Shown in pieces: positions 1-13,483 of a stretch of 64,000 nucleotides of DNA. The translations under genes were made by a program, and so were the position numbers. The DNA comes from Takakia lepidozioides. Taxonomy: Eukaryota > Plantae > Bryophyta. A model generated the notes under the pieces. The model was given only the letters and a program-made list of their open reading frames with translations, did not search any database and had not been told where the DNA came from. The DNA is taken from assembly GCA_030704615.1 (NCBI GenBank), contig CM060731.1, forward strand, positions 11,656,001 to 11,720,000. Reading direction: 5' to 3'. Positions within the stretch are counted from its first letter, which is position 1, and each line of letters starts with the position of its first letter.

Positions 1-1413
1 CATTGGGCCCTTGATGGCCTGTGTGTTGAGCAGTAGGCTCTGTAAATTCACCGGACGTTAAAGAATCTTTATCTTTATCTTTATCTTATGTTTTAAGATG
101 TATTCTTACCTTAACCTAGCTGGAGCTTAATTATGGCCTTTATGATGCACTTAACATTTATTAGGGGCAAAATCAATGAAGTGTGGAGTAAACATTTGTT
201 AACAAATAGCACTCAAACTCTTTCCTCCTAGGTGTTCCCTTGGAGCTTTTTAGAGGGTTAAGACTGGTTTTGCCTGTCTCACTGATTCTCAACAGCGCAG
301 TACACCTGGCTTAAATGCACCACTTACATTCTGCAGCAAATCCAGTCTTTCAGAAGTCAGGATGGTTGGATAACAGGGGTCGGATAGCAGGGCTCTTCCC
401 CAAGGGAGTTCTCATGTTTGGAACATGTACCATCTTGTTCTTGTTGTTCCGTTCAAGTGCACCTGCTATTCCATCTAGGCCCCTCGACTTTGAGCCCCCA
501 AGCCTTCTTCGCTTCCCTGTGGGAGTGGGGCCGATGTCATTTTCATCGCTCTCATCTCCTACAGAGCCTGAGAATCCATGTTGCTTGCTGCAAGATACAA
601 TTAGCTATTAACAACTGACAGAGACAACAGGATATGAAGTAGAGGGCTCCTACTCTGCATCTAAAATTCATGCACTATTGAAGGTTTCCAGACCATTTTG
701 CGAGTTGAAAAACAGCAAAGCAGCTCTTGGGGATCATTCAGACCCACGTATAGCCTAAGAAACCAAGACCCTTTGTTGCAAAAGCAGTATGAGAGATCAA
801 CCACTGTTCGGCTACCAGCCAAATCATCCCATCCACAAAGGAACATGGTATTATGGTAGGAAATATGGTAGTAAATAGGTAAAGCACTCACATAGCCTGT
901 AGTGAAGATAAACCTTTTATCACTACAAATGACGAGGTGATAACGCACCCGCGCCTCTCGTGGGGGCCAATGCATCGAAAAGGACACCTGCTTCACCAGT
1001 GTGACTCTTGACATTCCACTCCTGGAGAGCTAGGAAAACCTCCTTGTGAAAATTAGGGGGTAAAACCGCAGTTTCTCGTCGCTCCCCAATTGCCAGAACG
1101 AGACCGATATTGACCTGCTTTTCGTAGTCTCCTCATGCACAACTTCCAAGCCCATCACTTGGGGAGTTCTTCAAGCCTACTGTTTGTTCCTTGCAATCTG
1201 TCAATCAGTTACACTGCCATATAAGCTTTTCCATGGCTTTGCTGGTGCCATTTGACGGCCAGGGTAATCATCACGCGGGCCGGCTCACAGAACGAGCACT
1301 ACCTCTTGCATTCCTTCACAAATCTTCTTACTTTTACCTTGACTTTGTGCTTGTAACTTCTGACACCTTTTCATGCTCATGTTCATTTTGTTTGATGCAA
1401 AGAGTTGCTTGTT

Positions 1414-2530
1414 TCACCGGTAATCTCCACAAGAACAAACCCCATCATTGAAATGGTGAAAGCGGATGGCATCCCGCACTACAAGTGCTCGCCCAACAAT
1501 CTTGGAGATGAACTTGATGGCAGTGTGGCAGTCACCACAGACACGAAGGTTCTTATTGACGTGGAGAGGTATTCCAGGGGAGGTGCTGATGAGCCCAAAA
1601 GCAATAGCCAGCTTCTCACTGTGGTGGCAAAGAGAAAATTCCTTCATCTCCTCCTCCACATCATGCAATACAAAACGCGTGTCAGGTACATATCCTGCAT
1701 CCTTCATGCGCCCATACAACCTCTTCAGCTCAGCATGGATTTCATCAATTGGTGGATGCAATTTGTCTTCAACAACAAATGTATGCACCTGGTTGTCCAC
1801 CTCAATGCAGCTGCGACCTGCTTCCTTTCTGACCCCTCTTTCTTCCATTAGTCTTCTCACCTTTGCTTGATCATCCTACCTGCCAGCCGCAGCATAGATG
1901 TTTGAGAGCAGCACATAAGTTGATGCATCCTGTGGATCACACTTGAGGAGACATTTTGCAGCACATTCTGCCCGCTCCACATCACCATGAAGTCTGCACG
2001 CACCGAGCAAAGCCCCCCACACCCCAGCATCTGGTTGGATTTGCATATTGTTATTCAAGTCCTCAGCCTCATCCAATTGCCCTGCACGGCCAAGAAGGTC
2101 CACCATGCAGCTAAAATGCTCTACTGTAGGAGTGAGGCCATAATCTCGATTCATGGAATCAAAGTAGTGTCGGCCTTCATCCACTAAGCCCACGTGGCTA
2201 CATCGAGATATAAATGTGATACCATCCGGCTTCAAGCCTTCCTGTACCATTCGTTCAGATAGTTGAACAGCATTTGCTCATAGATCTCCAAAGCCTCCCT
2301 ACCACACCCATGTTGAGCATACCCTGCAATCATTGCATTCCATGACACCACATCTCTTTCAGCCATATTGTCAAATACTTGACGTGCATTCTTCATGCTC
2401 CTGCATCTAATATACATGTTAACAAGGGCAGTTTCTGAGACCACATTTCGGTGAGCCATATTGTCGAACACCTGACGTGCATGCTTGACACTCCCGCATT
2501 TTGCATACATGTCAGCAAGTGCAGTTTGCG
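1414..2530 (-). pseudogene. PLS-class PPR protein with E and DYW domains (organellar C-to-U RNA editing factor family), 5'-truncated pseudogene
   Basis: PPR motifs (MYAKCGSVKHARQVFDNM, DVVSWNAMIAGYAQHG, HFSCMVDLLGRAG), E domain (WGALLGACRLHG...YVLLSNIYAAAGR) and DYW domain with HSEKLA and CGDCH. Disabled by an in-frame TAG at 1876-1878 (GRW->GR*), a frameshift near 2250, internal motif deletions and a terminal DYR instead of DYW. Confidence 0.93.
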
Positions 2531-3516
2531 CTTATGTCTGAAGTCCGGTGATCTTGGACATTTCTGCAAAAAAAACCTGGAGGCAGCCGTCTCTCTCGCT
2601 TCATCTCTCCCTATCGTGCTTCCAAATGCCCCATCTCTCAGGGATCCCCTCATGATTTTTGAACTTACATTGTTTCTAGCTTCATTTTGATAGAAAGTTT
2701 ACCCCTTTATGATATTTCTCAGTTCATCTCCTGGTTCCCAAGCCCTTCTGGATCCTTCCACCATCACCCGTTCTTTAAGTCCGTTTTCACAGGTGCCGCT
2801 CTACAACAAACGAATTAAGAAGCCAGCTAAATAGGCCAACTTTACCGCCCCCTTCCTCCTTTCTCCCCCTTCAATCCGAACTCCGCCCCCCTACCTCATC
2901 ACAAGGTTCCCAGACTCGATTCTAACCTGGAGCTACCTGTTTCACCACCTCCAGCTACAGAATGGACAGATGAAACTGCTACTATTCAGGAGGCCATGAG
3001 CAAGGATTTTCCCATGATCAAAATGGATATACTTGATCTTCATGAGAGGATGACATTTCTTGAGGAGCATGGAATTCGGGTGCGCTTCCCCGGGAAGAAG
3101 GTAGATAGAGCCTTTGTGCCTGATTGGGCAATTAGACACCTTGGGAGCCCATGAGAGCTTAGACAACAATTCTGTCACAACAAAGGAAGAGGGTTTTACT
3201 CCATTGTTTTTGAAACAGCGGAAGCAGCAACACAAGCTCTGCTTTTCAACCCGCACACAAGGGCTTCAATGTCAACATTTTTCCATGGTCATCCAGAATG
3301 GGAAACAGGAAGGAAAAGCTTTGGGGTCCAAGGATTGTTTCAGTGCCCTTCATTCCTGATCAGTTCACTGTGAATTTACTAGATATAGCCAATCACTTTG
3401 ACTCCTACTTAGGCTGCCTAGCAGTGTTTGATCTCCGCAAATCAACACAGAAAACTTGAGACAAGACCCAGCATGGAAATCAGTTACTATAGCTTCCAGG
3501 CTTCATGAGACGGGAT

Positions 3517-3871
3517 TGTTAGAAATCAACTCCTGACCAAGTTACTACTACCTAGAGATATTGTGATGACAAGTCAGGCTTCCATAATAGCAGTGCTGAC
3601 AAGTCACAGTTAACAATAGAGATAAGCCTCGGTTAGCTAAAAGATAGCTAAAGTAGCTCCAGTTATTAGTGACTCAAGTCATTGTACCAGAATAGCAGGT
3701 GGAGATAACTTAAGTAAAAGCATGGAGTTATGCTATAGTTATCTCAGACTTTGAGTATAAATAGGGAGAGCTCGGAGGGTGGACACACAGCTTGTTGTGG
3801 TCCTATGGTTGGGTGGAGAGTTCTCAGTAATCAGTTCATCTTTTATCTGTATTCTCTGTCGCATTCCAACA
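3517..3871 (+). repeat. 5' LTR of Copia element
   Basis: TG...CA ends (TGTTAG...CCAACA), internal TATAAATA, directly followed by the PBS; near-identical to 7855-8219. Confidence 0.96.
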
Positions 3872-3883
3872 TGGTATCAGAGC
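3872..3883 (+). promoter_or_regulatory. Primer-binding site complementary to the initiator tRNA-Met 3' end
   Basis: TGGTATCAGAGC immediately after the 5' LTR. Confidence 0.93.
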
Positions 3884-5459
3884 TTGGTTTGTCTGAGAGA
3901 TAGAAGGAGATGAGTATTTGATTTACAACCAATAGGCTTGAGTGCTTGGTGTCAGATCTGCTTGGTGTCAGATCTGAAAAGATTGAGTGCTTAGAGTTAG
4001 ATCTGAAAGCTTGAGTGCTTGGAGTTAGATCTGAAAGTTTGAGGGTGTTTTATAGTTGGCAAAACATCAAACTAGCATCATAGCACCTTCTGCTGATCAT
4101 ACCCGAGTGGAGAAGTTAGATGGTCACTTATATGCATGTGACTGCTTCAAGAAAAAGCTAGACGATGAGGAAAAAAAAAAAATTCAAAAAACTTCTTATT
4201 GTAGCTTTGTCGATCTCTACGAGTTGCAGAGATGTATGGTTCATTGATTCAGGGGCATCTCAGCACATGACATTCCAGAAGGAAGCATTCTCAACCGTCA
4301 AAGAACTCTCTGTAGGACACAAGGTGTATCTTGGAGACAACAGTACTAGTCTTGATATCCATCGAAGCGCGTGTTTCAATTATCATCTGGAGTGTCGAAG
4401 GAGATCGGAGGAGTTCTCTTTGTTCTTGGATTGACAAAGAACCTATTGTCAGTTAGTCAGCTAACTGAGCAAGGTCTTACGGTTGAATTTTCTACCAATC
4501 TTTGTTGGGTGAAGTTTGGCAGTGAAGTGATAGCTGAGGCAGTGAAAGATGCAAGATTGTATAGCTGGTTGGGGTTGTCCAGGCTTTACATGCGGAGTGT
4601 ACTACTACTCTCAAACAGAGTGACCTCTGGCATCAGAGACATGGACATGTCTCAATGCAAAGTTTGGCATGCATGTCAGCTAACAATCTGGTTAAGGGCA
4701 TGGATCTTACAGGAGATGGGATCTTGAGTTTTTGTGACAGATGTGTGTACGGCATCGCAACTCGTTTCCAAAGGATGGAGGTTCTTGAACAAATAAGGTT
4801 CTTGAGCTGGTTCATACAGATCTATGCGGTCCTATGTCAACTGAATCTTATGGAGGTGCAAAGTATTTCTTGACATTCATTGATGATTTTTCCAGGAAAA
4901 CATTTCTCTACACGATTCAAAACAAGTTTGGAGTTCTTGATAGGTTCAAGGCATTCAAAGCTTTGGTGGAGAATCAAACTGGAGAAAAGATCAAAGCTCT
5001 TCGGTAAGATGGTGATGGTGAGTACATCTCAAAGAACTTTAACCAGTTCTGCAGGGAGAATGGTATTGTGAAACAATCAACCACACCATATACGCCAGAA
5101 CAGAATGGAGTTGCAGAGAGGAAGAATCGAACACTTGTTAAGAGTGTGAGGTGTATGTTGCAACACATGAGGTTGGACCACCGTTTCTGGGCAGAAGCAG
5201 TGGCGACTGCAGCATACCTTCAGAATCGACTTCCTACTAAGGCAATCTCTACAAAGACACCTAAAGAGATGCAATGAGGAGTGGGAACTCTTCAAACTGG
5301 AAGGAAGCTATGGCATCTGAATTTAAGTCTCTTCAGGATAATAAGACTTTCGAGTCTTGTTCAACTTCCATCTGGACGGCAGTCTGTTGGCTGCAAATGG
5401 ATTTTCAAGGTTAAATACAATACAAATGGTTCTGAAGCAAGCTGGTACAAAGTGCGCTT

Positions 5460-6184
5460 TGTCACGCACCTCACTTCGGTAAGCTCCCCTTCAAGTCATA
5501 GTTACTTGCTTTGATGCGCGCGCCTAACTCCCAACCTGGCCGTCGGGCCAACTCGGAGCTTCGGCTGCTCACCGGGACATAACGGTCCCCCTTTCTTCCC
5601 CCAACAGACCCTCCACCTATTTGGGACTAGTGGAAATTCCCTTTGGTAGATGGCAGTCCGGAATAGCTCCCCACTTTTTGGTCGCTTTCCGGCTCGCTCG
5701 CTTACTCACTAGTTTTTGGTCACCAACGGGCTTGCACCGTTCTCGGGGTTACTACTCCCTATATATACTTCTGTGACTGTCCACGGGGTTTCACAAACAA
5801 CCATGCCATTTTATGGCGAACCACCACGAAGACCCTCGATTCCCGGTGATGAGTCGCAGTGAGTCTTGGCCCACCCACCACGGCCCCATTGGACCGTGGT
5901 GAGTCCCAAGACTCCCCATGACTCCCACCACCAGGTTTTCGCCCCATGGTGAGTCCTATGCCACCCCCCACTAAGTCCCACTAAGCTACCACCACCCCTT
6001 GTGGAGCCACCCCCACCGCAACCCGGTGTGCGGGGCTCCACCTAGTGAGCGCCTCCGCCTCCTTGAAAGCCTTGGGCACTCAATGGTGCTTCAGCCCCCC
6101 GTACCTATTGCTGCCACCGCCCCCACCACAGGGGCAGCCCCTCTGTGTCCCGACCCCCTGCCCTCAAGGCAAAGGGCCGCGACA
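5460..6184. mobile_element. Solo LTR (725 bp) of an unrelated, probably Gypsy-type retrotransposon, nested in the Copia RT
   Basis: TGTCAC...GCGACA ends, perfect 5-bp TSD CGCTT (5455-5459 and 6185-6189), GC-rich, TATA-like run near 5760. Removing it restores RT motif YKVRLVAKG. Confidence 0.93.
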
Positions 6185-7854
6185 CGCTTGGTTGCAAAGG
6201 GGTTTTCGTTGATTACAATAAAACCTTCTCCCCTATTGCACGGATGGAGTCAATTCGAATGATTCTAGCGTTTGCTGCTATTGAAAATCTTGAGGTATAT
6301 CAGATGGATGTATGTACAGTCTTTCTCAATGGAGATCTTATGGAAGAAATATACATGGACCAGCCGGAGGGAAGGGGATGAAATGATGGTTTGTAAGCTT
6401 CTCAAGTCTTTGTATGGTTTGAAGCAATCCCCTAGGGCATGGAATGCTAAGATTGATGCATATTTCATGGCTGAAGAGTTTGAGAGAAGCTCTGCTAATT
6501 ATAGTGTTTACTATAAGAGGGCTTATGGAAACTCTTCTGTGATCATAACATTGTATGTTAATGATCTGATCTTAGTCTCTAATGACTTGACTCTATTGAA
6601 ACACATACATAGTGTCAATATCTCAAATGAGATTGAGATAGTGGTTATGTGATCATAACAAATTGACTTTGTTGAAACAAAGACAAAGTGATATCTCAAA
6701 AAAGTTTGATATGGTGGATCTGAAAGAGATCATGTGATCATGTGTTAATGATCAATCTTTGTTGAAAAGACAAAGTGATATCTCAAAGAGGTTTGAGATG
6801 GTGGATCTTAAAGAGATCATGTGATCATGTGTTGATCAGGCTTTGTTGAAAAAGACAAAGCGATATATCAATGAAGTTTGAGATGGTGGATTTGAAAGAG
6901 ATCCAGTACTGCTTGGGGGTATCAGTAACTCGTGTTCGACAAGACCGAACAATTTACCTAAACCAGCGTAAGTATCTTGAAGATATCTTAAGGCGCTTTG
7001 GTATGGCTGAAATTATGCCGGTAAATACCCCGTTTGTCCCAAATTGCAAACTCTCAAAGGAGATGAGTCCTAAGAGTGCTGCAGACTTGGAGACAATGAT
7101 ATGTTCCCTATCAGAGTGTTGTGGGAAGTCTCATGTATGCAATGGTCTGTACTAGGCCAGATATTGCACAAGCAGTGGGGGTTGTAAGCCAATTTGTGGC
7201 TAACCCTGGGCAACTCCATTGGGTTGCAGTAAAGCGGATTTTCCGTTATCTAAGAGGCACACTGGACTATGGTTTGTGCTTGAGAAAGAACAATGATAAT
7301 GTTCAGTTGGATCATGTGGGTTCATATGGTATCTCAGATAGTGCTTGCAAAAGCACAGAGCTATACGGCTATCGTGATGCAGATTGGGCTGGTAATGTTG
7401 ATGACCGCCACTCTACATCTGGTTATGTTTTTATGCTAGCAAATGGAGCTGTAAGCTAGAGCAGCAAGAAGCAATCTACAATTGTTATGTCCTCGACTGA
7501 GGCAGAATATATGGTTGCATCTCAAGCTACAAGGCAAGCATTATGATTATCATCATTTATATCTAGTATTGGTCGTCCACAGAATGATACAATGGTCATA
7601 TATGATGACAACCAAGGGTGTATTGCTCTCTCAAAGAATCCAGTGTTTCATGCTCGCACAAAGCATATTGAGATTCATCATCATTTGGTACGAGAGAAGA
7701 CTGAAGCTGGAGTTGTCAAGCTGTATATTGCAACACCAACAACATGGTTGCAGACATACTGACAAAAAGGCTTATTGCTAAAAAGCTTGAACGCTTTCGA
7801 GGCTTCAAGATGGGAGTAGTTAAGTGCTTAACTTGGTAACTCGTTGAGTGGGGG

Positions 7855-8219
7855 TGTTGGAAATCAACTCCTGACCAAGTTACTACTACCTAGAGTTATT
7901 GTGATGACAAGTCAGGCTTCCATAATAGTAGTGCTGACAAGTCACAGTTAATAATAGATATAAGCCTCGGTTAGCTAAAAGATAGCTAAAGTTAGCTTCA
8001 GTTATTAGTGACTCAAGTCATTGTACCAGAATAGCAGGTGGAGATAACTTAAGTAAAAGCATGGAGTTATGCTATAATTATCTCAGCTATTTCTGGATTA
8101 GACTTTGAGTATAAATAGGGAGAGCTCGGAGGGTGGACACAGCTTGTTGTGGTCCTATGGTTGGGTGGAGAGTTCTCAGTAATCAGTTCATCTTTTATCT
8201 TTATTCTCTGTCGAATTCC
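7855..8219 (+). repeat. 3' LTR of Copia element (terminal AACA lost)
   Basis: Matches the 5' LTR with 9 substitutions and 3 indels by manual count. Identity stops at ...GAATTCC; no CA end and no copy of the upstream GGGAT TSD. Confidence 0.93.
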
Positions 8220-9215
8220 TTACTAATTGGAAAGAAACATACATATTAAAGAAGATACGAAATAACAGCACAGCAAGAGCCGCGCATGGACCGGGTTATG
8301 GAACAGTTCAATTTTTTTATCCCATCAGTAATGATCGTATGATACCCACCCCCTTGCATATTTGCAGCATTTATCTACTTTGGTTAACAAAATGATTGAT
8401 CGAATATCGAAGAACGATGCTTGTTGAGGGGAGAGAATTCGCAATCATGGCAGTAGTCCAGATGGCTCACATGGGTTATCAGATGACTATGAGGATGACG
8501 GAGTAGTAGAAGATGAGATAAAAGATACAATCTGGCCATTTGATAAAAGAGAGGAGGCAGATGAGGTACTAAATTCTCTATGTGAATTGTCACCATGACT
8601 ATCTAGGTTAGCATATCAAAGGTTTTTTCAATCATACCTTGCACTTTTACACCTAATTCCATAACCAAGACAAATGTTCGATCTCATTTGAACAAAAAAT
8701 ACCCTGTCAATTGTTAGGTAGAGTAATTCGACTTTTAGCATCCCGGACCACGTTTTTGTGGCAAACTTGGTGTATACAGAGATGAGGACATATAGTGTCG
8801 TGCCTAGCTGGATTTCCATCTCCCTGAAGCGTTCGCGCGTCTAAGTTAGAATTTTATGCTTTGAGTTTTGAAAATATATAATTTAAATCATGAAAGTATT
8901 TTAGTTAGATGCACGTGCTATCACCTCGATATGTATAGTAAAATTATACTAGTAAAAATGAAACATAAAATATTTACAAAAGATAACGTCCATTTTGGAT
9001 ACGACCAGGGTTGCACACTCACGTGACGTCAGGTTGCGTCAGTTTACGTCGGATCTGACGTTGACGTGGACCAACGTCAAGCTAGTTTTGAAATATACAT
9101 ATATATGGTAAACGAAAGATGTCATATAAGCTTTAATTTCTTTTTAATAAAAAATCACGTGGCCTAAAAAAATCACAATCAAGTCAATGGTCATAATTTC
9201 TCAGCATGATAATTT

Positions 9216-10120
9216 GGGACTACCATAGCTGGCGATCGCAATTTATGAATTTTTTTTTAAAGTAATCGGTACCTATTGAGCTAGCGGTCCCAATTTTAAT
9301 TATTTATTTTGAAAATAAAATTGGGACCACCTGATGTAACGGTCTATTTTTTTCCAATTTTATTTCTTAAAATCAAAACCAAGTCACCAAAATTACGGCC
9401 CTAACTTTTTAATTTATTTCCATTAAAATTTGGGACCGCCAGAGGTAGTGGTCCCGATTGTTTTAATTTTTTTAATTTTGTTTTATTAAATACGGGATCG
9501 TCAAATGAAGTGAAGTGAATTGTGAAGTGAAGTGAAGTGTGGTTGATGGATTTTGAGTATATATTCAGGATAGCATTTCATTTCAGTGAAGGTTAGTTAA
9601 ATATCACAGTTGTTAATTGTAACGTGACGTGCCGCTAATGTGCGTAACGTTACGACCCAAACCGACTTTACGTCGAATAATTCTTTTTTATTATTTTACT
9701 TTCACGCGACCAAATTAGTCCGATTGTTGTGGTGGCGGCTTACGTGTACTGCAAACTATATATATATAGTAGGGAGATGCGCGATGGTCCAGCTCCAAGT
9801 AACTACAGAGCGATTGTTCGGCGATGGCAACGGGGCCAGACAATGGTTGGCTGATTGTCGAGCGATGGTGATCAATGTTTTTAATGTTTTTCAATTTGTT
9901 TTACTAAAATCGGGACCGTCAGACCTCGTGGTCCCAATTTTATTATTATTTAATTTTTTAAATTAATATCGGGACCGTTAGAGCTAACGATATCAATTTT
10001 GTTATTAGTATTTTTAATTATAATTTATTCAATTTAAGACAAAAAAAAATTGGTAATTATATGTTTTTAAATATTTTAAAGTATTTTATTAATCTCGTGA
10101 CCGTCAGAGATGTGGAACCG
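9216..10120. repeat. Array of degenerate 24-bp palindromes (consensus GGGACCGCCAGAGCTGGCGGTCCC) with AT-rich spacers
   Basis: Copies near 9216, 9268, 9323, 9377, 9432, 9494 (half), 9912, 9971 and 10097; period ~52-60 bp. Confidence 0.85.
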
Positions 10121-11627
10121 TCGCCGTCGCCCATCGGTCGTCGGAAAATAAATAAATAAATAATAAAATTAAGAATCATCAAGCAAGTCATTTGTTTGAA
10201 ACCAAATGTAAGTCCTTTCAGATTCAAAATTGTAGCTGAAGTTTAAGTTTATGATCCCTAGCTCTTTTGCCACTATTGGGTTGCAATTTACATGAACCAT
10301 ACAACAATTGATGTGCAAAAGAAAACCCTACCGTACCAAGTGAAATAGAGAATATCCTATAACTTCCGTACCCCCCTAAAACGTAAAATAATTGACCTAA
10401 CTTAACTTTCTAAAACTTCTTTTAATCATTCTTAGCTAGTAATTGTCGTCGTTTGTGGATGTCTTCGCAATATGGACAGCGGAAGAGTAGAGGGAGGTTA
10501 AGCTCGGATTCAGATACTCATATAGGTGTTGTTTCGTCCACTTATAGTTCGTCTACCTTCAAGCAATTTCACAGTTTCGGCAAGTATGCCCACTATGTTG
10601 AGGGTTGGATCTCCCTATTGCAGAGGCAATAAGAGATTGGACTGAGTTTGTCAAAATATACCCACCCAAAGCTACATCACCATCACCGAGAGCTCCAGGA
10701 ACCGCTCCAAGAACTGCCGTCATCCCAGCCCATTAGGACTTAGAAAAGTTCACCTACCTCCGCCATAACACCTACTAGTCACTAGCGATAGCAGAAGTGC
10801 CAACAAGACTGCCACCATTAGAGGGCTCTACACTCGTAGATGAAGCTAAAATAATTCATCTATCGGCCTCTCTTCCCTCCTCTACCTATTTGCCCTCTTT
10901 TCCCACCACCTTTTGGGGTTGATTTCAATGTTTTTTCCCCCCCCCTAATGTTGGTGATGTACGGCTACAAGTTGCAATGTCGGCATTGGGCACCGGGACA
11001 ACCACAAGTTGGTTAATCTGATATCTTTCGTTGCCTCACTTACCATGTGGTCATCTTCTCTCTTTATAGCCCGCTCTCGGGCCTCACGAACTTTGCGGTG
11101 ATGCATCAATTGCCACTTCCTAACCTTCCTACCTCTTATCTCTTTCTTCCATTTTTTTTCATCTTCCCATAAGAGCTTAGTGTAAAAATCGTGTTATCTT
11201 ACATTTGTATACCAAACCACCGCTCATTTACAGACAGACATTTTAGCGCGGGCCTAAACTAGCATGAAAGTCATAGATGGTCGTCATGCCCTGAGGAGAA
11301 ATAATTGATCTGTGCTTTGCGACCAGCACGCCGCTTTGCCAATGGAGTCCGCAATGATGGCCTTGCATGGAGCGGAAGTGTACGGAGGTAGAGGTATAAA
11401 AAGCTTCAGCAAGAAGGAGACAATACAAAATAAGAGCCCACGTGAGAGCGAGACAGGCTGCGTAAAGATGAACTTTAAGAACACCAAGCCAGCCAACATC
11501 ATGTCTATATATATATATATATATATATATTCAAGCATATTCAATTGTATAATCCCAAATTATATTAATATGAATATTAAAATCATTATATCGTAGATGG
11601 TAGAAACATCATACCCGACAAGTACAA

Positions 11628-12251
11628 TGACGACACGTTTGTACTGCGATTCTCGCAGGCGGGCCGATCTGTATTTGCAACATATGTCCTTCCTACAACA
11701 AACACTTATTCCTTAGTCTTAAAACCACAAAATAAAAACAGAAAATAATCACAACATAAACACAAGAATACAAAACAAAAGAATAAATGTAAAAACATTG
11801 CAATACAACAAGTAAACATAGTGGAGGCTTATCTTGAGAGCTCGAGGAAGAAACGCATGTTCAAATGAGGGCTTGCAATTCTTATAGTGTACAATTAGCC
11901 CCTAACAATTAATGCTATGAAATATCTATTAAAATTTATCGTCCATTGGGTAAGACTACCTTCCATTGGACAGAAGCGTGCACCGTTGCAAACCATCGTT
12001 GAACTTTGGATGGTAAGGACATGCACCGTTGGATGGAATGAAACGGCCGTTGGGTTTTGGATGGTAAATGGTTGTGCAACCATTGGATTTTGGATGATAA
12101 GGGACATGCACCGTTTAGACGGAATGAAATAGACAGTGTGTGTGTGCATGGTGCATCAGTATGATAAGCTAATAACAGGTCCAAGGCTACAGCCCAGGAA
12201 GCTGTTCGGATTGCCGAGGATGAAGGAGGAGGTAGCACGGGGTACCTAACA
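11628..12251 (-). mobile_element. Probable solo LTR, reverse orientation
   Basis: Minus strand starts TGTTAGGTACC and ends ...TCA. Flanks TACAA/AACAA (TSD with one mismatch). CTATAAG TATA-like box followed by a T-rich tract on the minus strand; internal ~87-bp tandem duplication at 11985-12130. Confidence 0.5.
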
Positions 12252-12519
12252 AACAACTGTAGTGGTTAGGTGTCATTATAACGCAATCTATTCATTTGAA
12301 TTGTTTGAATGTCGTGCATTAAATACCCTAGCATGCACAAAGGAATGACCGGCGAGAGCCGGTCATTTTTGGATTTCTGATCGGTTGTTGAAGGTTCAAT
12401 AGGTTACGTGCACGCATCCTACAAATATAAGATGCGTTTTAAAGTATTTTTCATTGTTAGATACGTTCATAGCGGCAAGGCTTGATGGAGACTTTAACAC
12501 TTCTATATATATGTTATGT

Positions 12520-12797
12520 GGGGCCGCCAGAGCTGTCGGTCCCAATTTTATTAGTAAACTCTGGCGGTCCCCAATTTTATCCAGACAAATAATAATAATA
12601 ATAATAAATAATTGGGACCGCCGCGGCAAAGCTGGCGGTCCCGAATTTATTAAGTAATTTCTTAAAAATCGGGACTACCAACTTTGGTGGTCCCACTTTA
12701 TTAACTATTTTCTTGAAAATTTGGGACCGCCAAAGCTAACGGTGCCGATTTATTAAATATTTTATTTAAATTTGAGACCGTTAGATCCAACGATCTC
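12520..12797. repeat. Second array of the same 24-bp palindrome family
   Basis: Copies at 12520, 12560 (half), 12614, 12671, 12723 and 12774, separated by AT-rich spacers. Confidence 0.87.
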
Positions 12798-13483
12798 AAT
12801 TTTTTTTTAAATAATGTTTATCTATGACTCTTATATGATATAGAGAGCTCTTGTCCATGTCAGTCATGCTTTTGAGGTGGAGATTGCCTATTTTGGACCA
12901 TCGGAATGGCGGCTTACATATTACTTATATGATAAACTATGCAATGTATAAGTTAAAATTTAAAGCCAATTATACAATGTAAACTGAATTTTTTAGGTGA
13001 TGCGATGCCTATTACGCTCACGTGTTGAGAGGCGTTGAAACTGCTTTGTTCATAGAGTATGTTCATATAGCAATTAGGTATCGGAGGGGTGATAGAATGA
13101 TTGCAGCAGTATATATAAAAAAGTCTACAAGGGATATGGTACTCCTGAATCCAAAAGTGAAGGAAGGTAGCATATACATTTTGTTTGATATACAGTCAGC
13201 TCGTTGATTTCATACACCCTAGAGGTAGAAGCAGCATTGCCCTTTGGGTTCGTGAAGTAGGCCGATAAAAAAAAATAAACATCATGACACGTGAAGTAAC
13301 TTAGGGAAGCCGAGTAGAAATGTTGTGCAATGGTCAGTGGAAGTGGTACCGAGGTCAGAATTAGTTATGTAGAGGAATTCAGTTCATTAAGAAATAATTA
13401 CGTTTAGACTGTTGCAGTAAGAAAGCTAGTGGTTACAAAAAACTCAACTCTAGATGACAAGTCCATCATGAATTGATGCACAT

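Larger units (their letters stand above)
3517..8219 (+). mobile_element. Ty1/Copia LTR retrotransposon, defective
   Basis: Paired LTRs at 3517-3871 and 7855-8219. PBS TGGTATCAGAGC at 3872 and polypurine tract GAGTGGGGG before 7855. Domain order: protease (WFIDSGASQHMT), integrase (TPYTPEQNGVAERKNRTL), RT (CKWIFKVK, LYGLKQSPRAWN, YVND), RNase H (DADWAG, TEAEY). Many frameshifts and stops; gag largely deleted. Confidence 0.97.

Noticed and set aside
1-1400. Short ORFs before the PPR, and ORFs at 2550-3500
   Set aside because: No recognisable motifs or consistent splice structure.
1414-1860. U-to-C type DYW variant (KP/GRP/DRH)
   Set aside because: Canonical HSEKLA and CGDCH motifs; the DYR end is explained by a single TGG->CGG change in a pseudogene.
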